From: Bacillota bacterium
Lineage (GTDB): Bacteria; Bacillota; Bacilli; Aneurinibacillales; RAOX-1
Direction of reading: 5' to 3'
Assembly: GCA_035254305.1 (NCBI GenBank)
Contig: DATFAS010000077.1
Location: forward strand, 1 to 24,000
DNA: 24,000 bases
Positions 1-9,367 of the stretch are shown here, piece by piece (positions within the stretch are counted from its first letter, which is position 1; the number at the start of each line of letters is the position of its first letter). The notes under the pieces were generated by a model, which saw nothing but the letters and a program-made list of their open reading frames with translations, was not told the origin of the DNA and ran no database searches. The translations under genes and the position numbers were made by a program.

Positions 1-1198
1 TTCTACTCCAATCGCCCGCCATTGTTCCTGAACAATCTGAGAAACCATTTCTCTTATTTTGTTCCCTTGATTCGTCATCAGTACAAAGGAAAATTTCTTT
101 CCGTCTTTATCTAAGATCCCATCCCCATCATGATCCTGCCATCCTGCTTGTGCTAATAGCTTTTTAGCTAGTTTCGGATTATAAGGGTATTGTTCTAATT
201 GATTGTTGTAGGCCCATTGAAGGGGCGAGCCATGGGTATAAGCCACTTGGCCTTGCCCTTCTAAGACCACATCAACTATTTGTTTTCGATCCAGTGCATA
301 GGTTAGTGCCTGACGTACTCTTTGGTCTGTAAAAAGAGGGTTTTTCAGATTATATCCTATATAGGTATAAGAAAGTGACGGTTGTGAAGCTATCTTAATT
401 TTTCCTTGTTTTTCAAACAAACGACCTACAGATAGGTCTGTAGGAGGAATATTCATCATATCGATCCCACCTGATTGAAGTTGAATCAACTGAGCATTCT
501 GGTCAGGTGCTATTCGAAAATAGACCGTATCAAGCCTTGGTTTTCCCTTGAAAAAGGATGGATTAGCCTTAAGCTTGATATACTGTCCATCCTTCCATTC
601 TATAAAACGAAAAGGTCCTGTCCCAATGGGCTGCTTGGTATTAAAAGGGTGCTCAGCTAGTTTGTCAGAAGAGATTTTGCCTAAAATATGTTCCGGTAAT
701 ATGGCGTACGCACAAGTAGTCAGAAAGGGAGCATAGGGTTCTGAGAGTGTAAACTGCACAGTATATGGATCAATTTCCCGGATTCGTTTTATTTTCTCAA
801 AGTCAGAGCCTCGAGGGCCTGAATAGCCTTTTGCTCTTGGAATACTATAGGAATATATTACATCCTTAGCTGTAACCTCTTCACCATCATGAAACTGAAC
901 GCCTCTCCTAAGATGAAAGGTCCAATTATAACCATCAGGTGAAACATTCCAACTCAATGCAAGATCAGGAATGGGATTTAAATGCTCATCGAAGGTAACT
1001 AAACCGTTATATAAGAGAGATTCTACCTGACTACTAGAAGCGTCAGCTGAATAGTAGGGATTAAATAAAGTGGGAGAACCACTAGAGCCAATAATGATGG
1101 AATTTTTCTTTGTGCCCTCAGCCTGTAGAACGGTGGACGGTAGGATGACAAAAATGAAGGAGAGAATAATAGAAAAAAAGGGATAAATTCGTCGCATT
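1..1198 (-). CDS. Peptide/oligopeptide ABC transporter substrate-binding protein (SBP_bac_5 / DppA-OppA family), C-terminus cut by window edge
   Basis: Reverse-strand open frame absent from the ORF track because it has no stop in the window. I read MRRIYPFFSIILSFIFVILPSTVLQAEGTKKNSIIIGSSGSPTLFNPYYSADASSSQVESLLYNGLVTFDEHLNPIPDLALSWNVSPDGYNWTFHLRRGVQFHDGEEVTAKDV, which has a signal peptide and family 5 SBP motifs. Confidence 0.93.
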
Positions 1199-1252
1199 CA
1201 ACACACTCCTTTTTGTTCCATTTTCCCCCAAAAGATATTTTTTACTCATAAA

Positions 1253-1281
1253 AGAAGAGCAAACCATAAGGTTCACTCTTC
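1253..1281 (-). terminator. Probable rho-independent terminator after the 35-aa ORF
   Basis: On - strand: GAGTGAACC TTAT GGTTTGCTC followed by TTCTTTTA. Confidence 0.5.
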
Positions 1282-1282
1282 T

Positions 1283-1390
1283 TTAGCTTGTTTTTTTCTT
1301 TCCTGACTTAATAAACATTAATGCAAGTAAAACTAACGGTACAGCCATAGAACCAATGAGACCAGCCATGGTAATCGTATGCCCATCCAT
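1283..1390 (-). CDS. Putative 35-aa single-pass membrane protein MDGHTITMAGLIGSMAVPLVLLALMFIKSGKKKTS
   Basis: Not in the ORF track. ATG preceded by AAGGGGGG (Shine-Dalgarno-like), hydrophobic core, basic C-terminus, and a hairpin directly downstream. The track's 1308..1493 ORF is an overlapping other frame. Confidence 0.5.
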   Translation of the reverse strand: MDGHTITMAGLIGSMAVPLVLLALMFIKSGKKKTS

Positions 1391-1578
1391 ATGAATACTT
1401 TCCCCCCTTTTCCCTTATATACCTAGATTTTATACAGAAAATGGGTATTCTGTCGATAGGTATATCCGTTAAAAATAGGGGAAAATAGGGCATTTCACAA
1501 AATTGTTATTTTTTACGTTCGTTATTGGTAAAAAGAAATAGTGCCTGGCTTAAATCCAATTAAATGATACCTTCCAAT

Positions 1579-1812
1579 TTAATATTTTGCATTAATCCGT
1601 TCACATTCTGGGCAAACCGCAATACGTCCTGATTTCCCACTCTCATCTTCAACCGTATATCCTTTTAGTAATTCTGAGTCACAGTATAAGCATTCCGAAC
1701 GGAAATCCATATCATGATTCGCTTTCCAAGTGTAGGGCTTGAATGTTTGGCCCACACTGATGGGAGAAAAGGAAACTGTCTCTTCACTACCTAATCGATC
1801 TGCGAATTCCAT
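1579..1812 (-). CDS. Small protein (77 aa) with two Cys pairs, zinc-ribbon-like
   Basis: CLYCDSE...CPECERINAKY; clean ORF in an otherwise non-coding interval. Confidence 0.6.
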   Translation of the reverse strand: MEFADRLGSEETVSFSPISVGQTFKPYTWKANHDMDFRSECLYCDSELLKGYTVEDESGKSGRIAVCPECERINAKY

Positions 1813-1912
1813 CTAGCCTTCCTCCTTATCATCTTATAATTAAGTACTATTATTTCCAAAAGAAAGAAGAACCAAACAAAATTTTCAAAAAATAATTTAT
1901 TAAATACACAAA

Positions 1913-1936
1913 AAAAGCTTGAGGAATACCTCAAGC
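1913..1936 (-). terminator. Rho-independent terminator after the M29 aminopeptidase gene
   Basis: On - strand: AGCTTGAGG TATT CCTCAAGCT TTTTTT. Confidence 0.85.
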
Positions 1937-1948
1937 TACATACAAGTA

Positions 1949-3064
1949 CTATTTAAGATTCTCTGGATTTAATACCTCCAGCTCAGGAACAACAAATCGC
2001 CCATCCTTACGAATTAGACGATTATCGAACCAAATTTCTCCTCCACCATATTCAGGTCTTTGGATAAATACAAGGTCCCAATGGATACTTGATACATTCC
2101 CATTAGAAGCCTCGTCATAGCATTGTCCTGGGGTGAAGTGAATGGATCCATCAATTTTTTCGTCAAACAGGATATCTTTCATGGGCTCACGAATGAAGGG
2201 ATTAATCCCAATCGCAAATTCTCCTACATATCTTGCACCCTCATCGGTGTCGAATATCTTATTGATGCGCTCCGTATCATTAGCCGTTGCCTCTATTACT
2301 TTTCCGTTTTCGAAACGAAGTTTTACATTTTCAAATACAAAGCCATTGTATGGGCTTGGTGTATTATACGAAATCACTCCATTTACACTTTCGCGGACTG
2401 GTGCTGTATAGACTTCCCCATCCGGGATATTGAGCTGACCGTCACATTTGATTGCCGGAATCCCTTTGATAGAGAATTTTAAATCTGTTCCTGGTCCCAC
2501 GATTCTAACCTGGTCTGTTTTATTCATTAGTTCAACAAGTCCGTCCATAGCTTTTGACATTTTGCCATAGTCCATAGTGCAAACATCAAAATAGAATTTC
2601 TCAAACGCTTCCGTACTCATTGATGCTAATTGTGCCATGTTCGGATTTGGATAACGTAGAACGACCCACTTTGTCTTTTTAACCCGAATCATCGAATGCA
2701 CGGTATGATTATAATATTTGTTATAAAGCTTTAATTTCTCATCGGGAACATCCGATAACTCATAAATATTTTGCCCACCGCGAACTCCTATGTATGCTTG
2801 CATCATGGTCATCTGATTGGCATCAAACTCAGCCCATGTTTTGATCTGTTCTTCCGTTGCTTCTAGGAGTAGCTCCCGGGTAATTTGGTTATCACGAATA
2901 TTAACAAATGGACGCCCGCCTGCCTTGTGAACCTTTTGAACGAGTGCTCTGACAAGTGCATTCTCAATCCCAAACGCCTCAATTAAAACATTCTCACCAG
3001 ACCCAACCCGAGTGGAATAATTAACAAGTACGTCAGCTAAACGTTCTATACGTGCATCTAACAT
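1949..3064 (-). CDS. Aminopeptidase, M29 family (AmpS/PepS-like)
   Basis: 371 aa; motifs such as EGEVYTAPVRESVNGVISYNTPSPYNGFVFENVKLRFENGKV and GIIPFIREP-like region (INPFIREPMKDILFDEKIDGSIHFTPGQCYDEA) typical of M29 peptidases. Confidence 0.92.
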   Translation of the reverse strand: MLDARIERLADVLVNYSTRVGSGENVLIEAFGIENALVRALVQKVHKAGGRPFVNIRDNQITRELLLEATEEQIKTWAEFDANQMTMMQAYIGVRGGQNIYELSDVPDEKLKLYNKYYNHTVHSMIRVKKTKWVVLRYPNPNMAQLASMSTEAFEKFYFDVCTMDYGKMSKAMDGLVELMNKTDQVRIVGPGTDLKFSIKGIPAIKCDGQLNIPDGEVYTAPVRESVNGVISYNTPSPYNGFVFENVKLRFENGKVIEATANDTERINKIFDTDEGARYVGEFAIGINPFIREPMKDILFDEKIDGSIHFTPGQCYDEASNGNVSSIHWDLVFIQRPEYGGGEIWFDNRLIRKDGRFVVPELEVLNPENLK

Positions 3065-3344
3065 TCTTTTCGCCCCTTTCTTTAAGTTCCACCATAATTA
3101 TACTCTTTTGCCATATAGGACGTAAGTCAAGCATCTTTTCTATTTCTATTTTTTCAATTGTGGAAGATACTAAAATAAGATATAGAATTCCCAAAAATAT
3201 ATAGGATTATCACAAGCCCTTTCCCCCATGCCCAAATTACAAGCAGTCTTTCTCACCTCTACATATATTGTATGATAAGAACCTAACCATTAAATGGAAG
3301 GAAGTTAATCCTAGAAATTTAATTTGGAAGGAGGAAAGACCAGT

Positions 3345-3836
3345 TTGAAGCGCAAACCTATACTGTATAATATGAAGGGTTCTGCTGCTGCTTTCAACCA
3401 TCCTGGGAATTTTTTTGTACCCATTGTTGAGAAAGCAAAGCACAGTGTGATATCAATAGAAACAAAAGATCGCGGAAACAGCCGACAAAGCGATTTCTTA
3501 TTTTCATTCCTTTTTCCTAATAGTGAATCAGTAAGCACAACCAAAAGCTTTGGGACAGGATTTATCATTCATTCCAGCGGCTTTATTTTGACCAGCGAAC
3601 ATGTTGTCCACAATGCACAACAAATCCTAGTCAAACTCTATAGTGGAGAGCAGCGAGTGGCAAAAGTGGTATGGTCTGATGAAAAGAGGGATTTGGCCGT
3701 CCTACAGATTCCTACTCGCAAACCGCTATTCCCCCTCCCCCTTGGTTCTTCCGAAGAAAGTAGGGTTGGGGAATTAGTCATCTCCGTAGGCAATCCGATG
3801 GGTCTTGATCATACTGTAACGATAGAGTGTATATGA
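3345..3836 (+). pseudogene. 5' part of an interrupted HtrA/DegP-like trypsin-fold serine protease gene; likely start TTG 3345 with GGAGGA at 3330
   Basis: GTGFIIHSSGFILTSEHVVHNAQ (catalytic His) and KRDLAVLQI (catalytic Asp), then GNPMGLDHTVT. Codon ACG 3819-3821 is followed by foreign sequence IECI-stop. Confidence 0.93.
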
Positions 3837-3849
3837 TCATAGCCAAAAA
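3819..3849 (+). promoter_or_regulatory. attL element-side arm: ACGA core plus element arm ending in GCCAAAAA
   Basis: ACGATAGAGTGTATATGATCATAGCCAAAAA. Its outer GCCAAAAA is the reverse complement of TTTTTGGC at 14996-15003. Confidence 0.75.
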
Positions 3850-3883
3850 TAAGTGGGGGATTTGTACGAATAAAAATAAACGA

Positions 3884-3914
3884 TAAAAAAACTGAGATAA
3901 TAGGATCTCAGTTT
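3884..3914 (-). terminator. Terminator downstream of ptsH
   Basis: On - strand: AAACTGAGA TCCTATTA TCTCAGTTTTTTTATC. Confidence 0.85.
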
Positions 3915-3946
3915 ATGAAAAACCATTCTTATAGATTTTTTACTTT

Positions 3947-4207
3947 CTATTCTACTTCAGTCGTAAGTATTTCTTCTAAAGCAGTAACTGCTTGCTTCTC
4001 ATCAGAACCATTAACAATTAATTTTACTTCTTCACCCTTCTTGATTCCAGCCGCCAGTAATCCCATAATGCTTTTCCCATTTGCTTCTTTCTTATTCGTA
4101 ACTAGTTTGATATCGCTGCTAAAGCTAGTCGCCTTTTGAACGAAAAGTGTAGCAGGACGAGCATGAAGACCATTAGGAAGAGCTATTGTTATGCTTTTTT
4201 CTATCAT
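3947..4207 (-). CDS. ptsH: HPr phosphocarrier protein of the PTS
   Basis: 86 aa; NGLHARPA (His15 site) and NGKSIMG (Ser46 regulatory site). Confidence 0.97.
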   Translation of the reverse strand: MIEKSITIALPNGLHARPATLFVQKATSFSSDIKLVTNKKEANGKSIMGLLAAGIKKGEEVKLIVNGSDEKQAVTALEEILTTEVE

Positions 4208-4220
4208 TTAAATTCCACTC

Positions 4221-5939
4221 CTATTTTAAAAAATATGTCTTTACGTAAGAAGATACCTCATCAGCCGTATCCATAGATAGGATGTGGTCAATATGAGAAT
4301 CCACATCTCCCTTAGCCATCTGACCAATTTGACTTCTTGCAGCCAATATAGAGGTTGCACTCATACTGAATTCGTCTAGACCTAATCCGATTAATATAGG
4401 GATAGCGATTTCATCACCAGCCATTTCCCCACACATACCTACCCATTTTCCTTCCTGATGCGCAGCCTTAATCACCATTTGTACCAGGCGAAGAATAGCT
4501 GGATTATATGGTTGATACAAATAGGCAACTTGTTCATTCATTCGATCTGCTGCCATGGTGTATTGAACTAAATCATTGGTTCCAATACTGAAGAAATCAA
4601 CTTCCTTACTAAATCGATCAGCCATTACAGCTGTAGCGGGGATCTCCACCATTATTCCAATCTCAAGCTTCTTAGAAACAGCAATTCCTTTCCTGATTAA
4701 TTCCTTTTTTTCCTCTTCAAGGATTTCCTTGGCTTTCCTAAGCTCCCCTAAAGTAGAAATCATAGGGAACATAATCTTGAGATTTCCATAGGCACTCGCC
4801 CTAAGTAATGCCCGCAACTGGATACGGAATAACTCCTGTTGGTCCAAGCATAAACGGATAGCTCGGAAGCCTAGGAAAGGATTAAGTTCTTTCGGCAGCT
4901 CCATGTAAGATAACTGCTTATCTCCACCGATATCTAGTGTACGGATCACCACTGGCTTATCGCCCATTTGCTCTACAACAGATTTATAAGCTTGAAATTG
5001 TTCTTCTTCAGAAGGGAACTCATCTCTTCCCATATATAGGAACTCTGTGCGAAATAGCCCGATTCCTTGTGCTCCGTTTTCAAGAACAGCTACAACATCT
5101 TCCGGTCTTCCAATATTCGCTGCTAATTCAACGCTATGTCCATCCTTTGTAACCGAAGGAGAATTCACCAATTTGGCAAGCTTAGCTTTTCTTAATTCAA
5201 AGTCAGCTTTCTGCTCTTGGTATTCCACGATTTCATCTTCTGTTGGATCGATAAGAATAAGCCCATTAATCCCATCCAAAATAAGCTGAGTGCCCGCTTG
5301 AATTTCTTCTGTTCCACTCTTAGTACCCACAACAGCCGGAATTTCTAACGAACGGGCCATAATAGCTGAATGGGAGGTCCGCCCCCCTATATCAGTAACA
5401 AACCCTTTTACATATTGACGATCTAATTGAGCTGTATCAGATGGGGTTAAATCTTCAGCAATAAGAATAACCTCCTCAGATAAATTGCTCAACGAAGAAT
5501 ATTCTAAACCAAGAAGGTAGTGCAGTACTCGTTTCGAAATATCCCGAATATCTGCTCCACGTTCCTTCATATACTCATTATCCATATTCTCAAACATTTC
5601 AATATACATTTGAGAAACATCATTTAATGCCGACTCTGCATTCACTCTTTCACTTCTCATTTTCTCATTAACCGCATCAAGAAGTTCGGGATCGTCTAGA
5701 ACCAGGAGATGAGCACTAAAAATAGCTGCTTTCTCAGGGCCCATCTCCGCCTGTACTTTATCTCTTATCACGATTAAATCTGCCTTTGACTTCTCAATAG
5801 CTTCTTGCAACCGTTTCATTTCTAAAGAAACATCTTCAACCGTTTTCGTTTCAATCATAAGCTTCGGTGTTTTTAACAGGATTGCCTTCCCTATCGCAAT
5901 TCCTGAAGAAGCTGCAATCCCATACATTTTCTGCGACAA
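4221..5939 (-). CDS. ptsI: PTS phosphoenolpyruvate-protein phosphotransferase, Enzyme I
   Basis: 572 aa; [19 protein letters not shown] active-site region, [17 protein letters not shown], and [24 protein letters not shown]. Confidence 0.98.
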   Translation of the reverse strand: MSQKMYGIAASSGIAIGKAILLKTPKLMIETKTVEDVSLEMKRLQEAIEKSKADLIVIRDKVQAEMGPEKAAIFSAHLLVLDDPELLDAVNEKMRSERVNAESALNDVSQMYIEMFENMDNEYMKERGADIRDISKRVLHYLLGLEYSSLSNLSEEVILIAEDLTPSDTAQLDRQYVKGFVTDIGGRTSHSAIMARSLEIPAVVGTKSGTEEIQAGTQLILDGINGLILIDPTEDEIVEYQEQKADFELRKAKLAKLVNSPSVTKDGHSVELAANIGRPEDVVAVLENGAQGIGLFRTEFLYMGRDEFPSEEEQFQAYKSVVEQMGDKPVVIRTLDIGGDKQLSYMELPKELNPFLGFRAIRLCLDQQELFRIQLRALLRASAYGNLKIMFPMISTLGELRKAKEILEEEKKELIRKGIAVSKKLEIGIMVEIPATAVMADRFSKEVDFFSIGTNDLVQYTMAADRMNEQVAYLYQPYNPAILRLVQMVIKAAHQEGKWVGMCGEMAGDEIAIPILIGLGLDEFSMSATSILAARSQIGQMAKGDVDSHIDHILSMDTADEVSSYVKTYFLK

Positions 5940-5951
5940 GATCTTCCCCTC

Positions 5952-7109
5952 CTATTTCACTTCAAGTTTTCGAAGATCATCGACTTGTTTCATCACAATG
6001 GAAAAGAGAGGGTGATCAACTGGAATTTGCGTATACTTACGGATGGTCTCCTCCATTCCTACCTCTCTAATGCTATTTTGAATTTCCACTGCTTCTGGAT
6101 CGCCAGGATAATCGAATAAAAGAGCACCCGCAATTCCTTTTGCCAGATGTATAGGAGTAATCCCATGTTCAAACGCCTGCATAGCTGGTCCTACCAGACG
6201 ATCATTCGGAGATAGCTTGCGTATGGGAGAACGTCCAACTCTGATCAATTCGTCCGATATAAACGGATTTTGGAACCTATTCATGATTTTATCGGTGTAT
6301 TCTAAATGCTTCTTTTCATCAAATTGATGCTTTGCTTTAAGAAGCTGTCCAGTTTCAAGCAATGTCTGTCTTACGCTATCAACAATGTTTTCATTCTTCA
6401 TAGCTTGATCAATAGTCTTTAGGCCATGTTGGTAACCTAAGTAAGCAGTAACTGCATGCCCTGTATTTACTGTAAACAACTTCCGTTCAATATAAGGGGT
6501 TAAATCCCTGACAAAGGTAATTCCTTCAATCTTAGGAACAGGACCAATAAATTGAGATTCATTAACAACCCACTCATAAAAAGGCTCAACTGTCACAAGT
6601 AATTTATCATCATGATTTTGAAGAGGAACAATTCGATCAACAGCCGCATCTGGAAAGCCAATTTGCGCCATTACCTTAGCTTTAACCGCTTCTTCAATAT
6701 TTTCCAAAACATAGGATTTTAATTGTGTACTTCCACCAACCATATTTTCGCAGGCAATCACATTCAAAGGCTGATCGCTTTTACCGATTCGCAACGAAAT
6801 TCCTTTGGCAATAACCGGTGCAATATACTTAAGAATATTAGGACCGACAGCAGTAGTAACAAGGTCTGCATTAGCAATAACATTGGCTACCGCCTCTTCA
6901 TCTTTCCCAGAAATAGCTCGTACACCTTGGATGGTGAACGTCTCTTGCCCCATATCTGCTAACCTAACTTGATATTCTTTGCGGGAACTGATCTCATTGA
7001 CTAGCTCTTGATTGACATCTACAAAACACACTTCATATCCAGATTGGTATAGTAATTGTCCAATGAACCCTCTTCCGATATTTCCAGCCCCAAAATGAAT
7101 CGCCAGCAT
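5952..7109 (-). CDS. mtlD: Mannitol-1-phosphate 5-dehydrogenase; start trimmed to ATG 7109 (MLAIHFGAGNIGRGFIG)
   Basis: NAD-binding motif HFGAGNIGRGFIG; overall polyol dehydrogenase sequence; located in a mtl cluster; GAGGG upstream of the ATG. Confidence 0.96.
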   Translation of the reverse strand: MLAIHFGAGNIGRGFIGQLLYQSGYEVCFVDVNQELVNEISSRKEYQVRLADMGQETFTIQGVRAISGKDEEAVANVIANADLVTTAVGPNILKYIAPVIAKGISLRIGKSDQPLNVIACENMVGGSTQLKSYVLENIEEAVKAKVMAQIGFPDAAVDRIVPLQNHDDKLLVTVEPFYEWVVNESQFIGPVPKIEGITFVRDLTPYIERKLFTVNTGHAVTAYLGYQHGLKTIDQAMKNENIVDSVRQTLLETGQLLKAKHQFDEKKHLEYTDKIMNRFQNPFISDELIRVGRSPIRKLSPNDRLVGPAMQAFEHGITPIHLAKGIAGALLFDYPGDPEAVEIQNSIREVGMEETIRKYTQIPVDHPLFSIVMKQVDDLRKLEVK

Positions 7110-7110
7110 A

Positions 7111-7548
7111 TTACATCCCTCTTTCAAAAATGTCGATAATTTCTGCTTCTGACTGGGCCTTAACAATATCCTCAATATTTTTTTCTTCCGCACAAACCAA
7201 AGCGATATTCGATAACAGCTCTAGATGCTCGTCTCCAACGGCTGCAATTCCAATTAAAAGATAGGCTACATTCCCCTCTCCAAAATCCACACCTTTTGGA
7301 AATTGAACAACGGAAATCCCAGTTGATTGAATCCAGCTTTTAGAATCATTTGTTCCATGAGGAATCGCCACACCGTTGCCTATATAAGTTGTAAGCAATT
7401 CTTCTCTTTCCTGCATCTTCCCAATATATTCTTCTGAGACATGCCCTGCTTCCACTAGTAAGTTCCCAGCTAGTTCAATGGCTTCTCTTTTATTTGAAGC
7501 ATAAGCATTTAGCTTAATTTTTTTTGGTGATAGTACTGTCTGTGTCAT
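7111..7548 (-). CDS. mtlF: Mannitol-specific PTS EIIA component; start trimmed to ATG 7548 (MTQTVLSPKKIKLNAYASNKREAI)
   Basis: EIIA motif TYIGNGVAIPHGTNDSK; ends immediately before mtlD. Confidence 0.94.
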   Translation of the reverse strand: MTQTVLSPKKIKLNAYASNKREAIELAGNLLVEAGHVSEEYIGKMQEREELLTTYIGNGVAIPHGTNDSKSWIQSTGISVVQFPKGVDFGEGNVAYLLIGIAAVGDEHLELLSNIALVCAEEKNIEDIVKAQSEAEIIDIFERGM

Positions 7549-7627
7549 GATGATCTGCTCCCTTTCCTTAAACAAAAGTATATTATCTATTGTTGACATT
7601 ATTAAATATAGCATCTCTTACAATTAA

Positions 7628-7656
7628 AATATAACCTTTAATATTAACATTTTCAA
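7628..7656 (-). promoter_or_regulatory. Candidate sigma-A promoter for mtlF-mtlD-ptsI-ptsH
   Basis: On - strand: TTGAAA, 17-nt spacer, TATATT, in the unusually long mtlA-mtlF gap. Confidence 0.45.
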
Positions 7657-7729
7657 CAAAACTAAATATAAAACAGTAACAAAACATGTTGCCAAAATTA
7701 AATTTAATATCCCGTGCCCAACCAATAAG

Positions 7730-7753
7730 AAACGCTAGTTTCTAAACTAGCGT
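7730..7753. terminator. Strong intergenic hairpin directly after mtlA (terminator, attenuator or processing signal)
   Basis: AACGCTAGTTT CT AAACTAGCGTT, 11-bp perfect arms; followed on - strand by TCTTATT, a weak T-tract. Confidence 0.6.
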
Positions 7754-7761
7754 TCGCCATA

Positions 7762-9198
7762 TTATCCTAAACGTTTTACCAATTCATCATATTTAGGGCT
7801 ATTTAAGAAATTTTCTACAGAAATATGTTCCACTGATGGGGCCTTAGCCTTTGCTCGTTCTGTAAGAGACTTATGAGTAATAACAATATCTGCATCACTA
7901 GGTATTTCATTTATAGCTGTATTGATTACAGTAATGTCCAAACCGGCATCCTTGACTTTCTTCCGTAGAATAGAAGCTCCCATAGCACTAGACCCCATTC
8001 CTGCATCACAAGAAAAGACGATTTTATTCACCGGAGTAGCCGCACTTGCAACTACTGCTTCCTCTTCCTTATTAGCTACAGATATTGCTGCTTTTCTTCC
8101 TTTAATCGATTCCATTTTTTCTGTTGCCTTCTCTAAATCATCATCTTCCACAGCTTGATTAGTCATCTTAAGTAAAGCTGAAGCAATTGCAAACGATACA
8201 CCCGTAGCAACAACCACCCCTGCTAACACTGGCAATAAACCACCTTTAGGTGCCATAGCCATTAATGCAAAGATACTTCCTGGTGATGGAACTGCAACTA
8301 ATCCTGCGTGAAGCAGTTGGAATGTAAAGGTCCCTGCAACCCCTCCACCAATCGCCGCCAAGATCAACCGAGGATTCATCAATATATAAGGGAAGTAAAT
8401 TTCGTGAATACCACCAAGAAAATGAATGATAATCGCACCTGGAGCAGACTGCTTCGCTGTTCCACGACCAACCAACCAATAGGCTAATAAGATTCCAAGT
8501 CCTGGACCAGGATTTGGTTCTAATAAGAAGAAAATAGATTTTCCTGCTGTTGCAGCATCCTGTAAACCTATAGGGCTTAATACCCCATGATTAATGGCAT
8601 TATTTAAGAAGAGAACCTTTCCTGGCTCAATGAATACATTCGCTAGGGGAAGTAACCCGGCATGTACAATTGCCCCAACCCCAGCAGCCAATAGCTTACT
8701 AACCCCTTCAACAACCGGACCCACTAAACTAAAGGAAAGAAGGGCAAGAATCGCTGCTATAATACCCGCTGAAAAGTTATTGACTAACATTTCAAAGCCA
8801 GATTTAACTTTTCCCTCAATCGATTTATCAAATTGTTTGATCACCCATCCACCTAGCGGACCCATGGCCATTGCGCCTAAAAACATAGGGATATCGGTTC
8901 CAACAATAATACCCATTGTGGCAACAGCCCCTACGACCCCTCCTCTTGTATCATGAACCATCTTCCCGCCTGTATATCCAATCAACAATGGGAGTAAATA
9001 AGTAATCATGGGTCCAACTAGTTTAGCTAGATGCTCATTAGGAATCCAACCAGTCGGAATAAATAATGCCGTAATAAACCCCCAAGCAATAAACGCTCCG
9101 ATATTAGGCATAACCATCCCACTTAAAAATCTACCGAACTTCTGAATACGGACACGTAACCCTACAGATTCTGTGTTTCCTGCTGCAGTACCTTGCAT
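7762..9198 (-). CDS. mtlA: Mannitol-specific PTS EIICB component
   Basis: 478 aa; multiple TM segments; ALGPLGGW-, [17 protein letters not shown], and EIIB active-site [19 protein letters not shown]. Confidence 0.97.
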   Translation of the reverse strand: MQGTAAGNTESVGLRVRIQKFGRFLSGMVMPNIGAFIAWGFITALFIPTGWIPNEHLAKLVGPMITYLLPLLIGYTGGKMVHDTRGGVVGAVATMGIIVGTDIPMFLGAMAMGPLGGWVIKQFDKSIEGKVKSGFEMLVNNFSAGIIAAILALLSFSLVGPVVEGVSKLLAAGVGAIVHAGLLPLANVFIEPGKVLFLNNAINHGVLSPIGLQDAATAGKSIFFLLEPNPGPGLGILLAYWLVGRGTAKQSAPGAIIIHFLGGIHEIYFPYILMNPRLILAAIGGGVAGTFTFQLLHAGLVAVPSPGSIFALMAMAPKGGLLPVLAGVVVATGVSFAIASALLKMTNQAVEDDDLEKATEKMESIKGRKAAISVANKEEEAVVASAATPVNKIVFSCDAGMGSSAMGASILRKKVKDAGLDITVINTAINEIPSDADIVITHKSLTERAKAKAPSVEHISVENFLNSPKYDELVKRLG

Positions 9199-9260
9199 AA
9201 ATGTGCCTCCTCCAAAATTGAATTTGTTGCCATTTTTTCATTTTATTTTTCCTTGAATCA

Positions 9261-9289
9261 AATATAAACCGTTTTCATTAGGTTATCAA
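9261..9289 (-). promoter_or_regulatory. mtlA promoter with overlapping partial cre-like (CcpA) sequence
   Basis: On - strand: TTGATA, 17-nt spacer, TATATT. The spacer/-10 region contains TGAAAACGGTTTAT, which resembles a partial cre (TGWAANCGNTNWCA). Confidence 0.55.
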
Positions 9290-9322
9290 CAGAATGAAAA
9301 CAAGGTTTCGTCCATCATGATG

Positions 9323-9345
9323 TTGACAAATTTTAATTTGTTCAA
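9323..9345. promoter_or_regulatory. Candidate MtlR operator upstream of mtlA
   Basis: Imperfect palindrome TTGACAAATTTTAATTTGTTCAA located upstream of the -35 of the mtlA promoter. Confidence 0.35.
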
Positions 9346-9367
9346 AGGATTGGAGGCTTGACTTGTC

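Noticed and set aside
548-736. Plus-strand ORFs 475..660 and 548..736
   Set aside because: Antisense to the substrate-binding protein reading frame that runs off the left edge.
2123-2482. Plus-strand ORFs 2123..2482 and 2142..2411
   Set aside because: Antisense to the confidently identified M29 aminopeptidase; no family features.
3237-3568. Minus-strand ORFs 3237..3443 and 3311..3568
   Set aside because: Antisense or overlapping with the htrA-like 5' fragment, no plausible domain.
3324-3836. Simple frameshift or truncated protease pseudogene
   Set aside because: The missing C-terminal portion is present, intact and in phase at 15025-15261, and a recombinase plus symmetric att arms bound the intervening DNA.
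4576-5289. Plus-strand ORFs inside ptsI
   Set aside because: Shadow ORFs opposite a strongly conserved coding gene. The same applies to 6723..6962, 7922..8158, 8594..8956, 16619..16837, 17790..18086 and similar entries.
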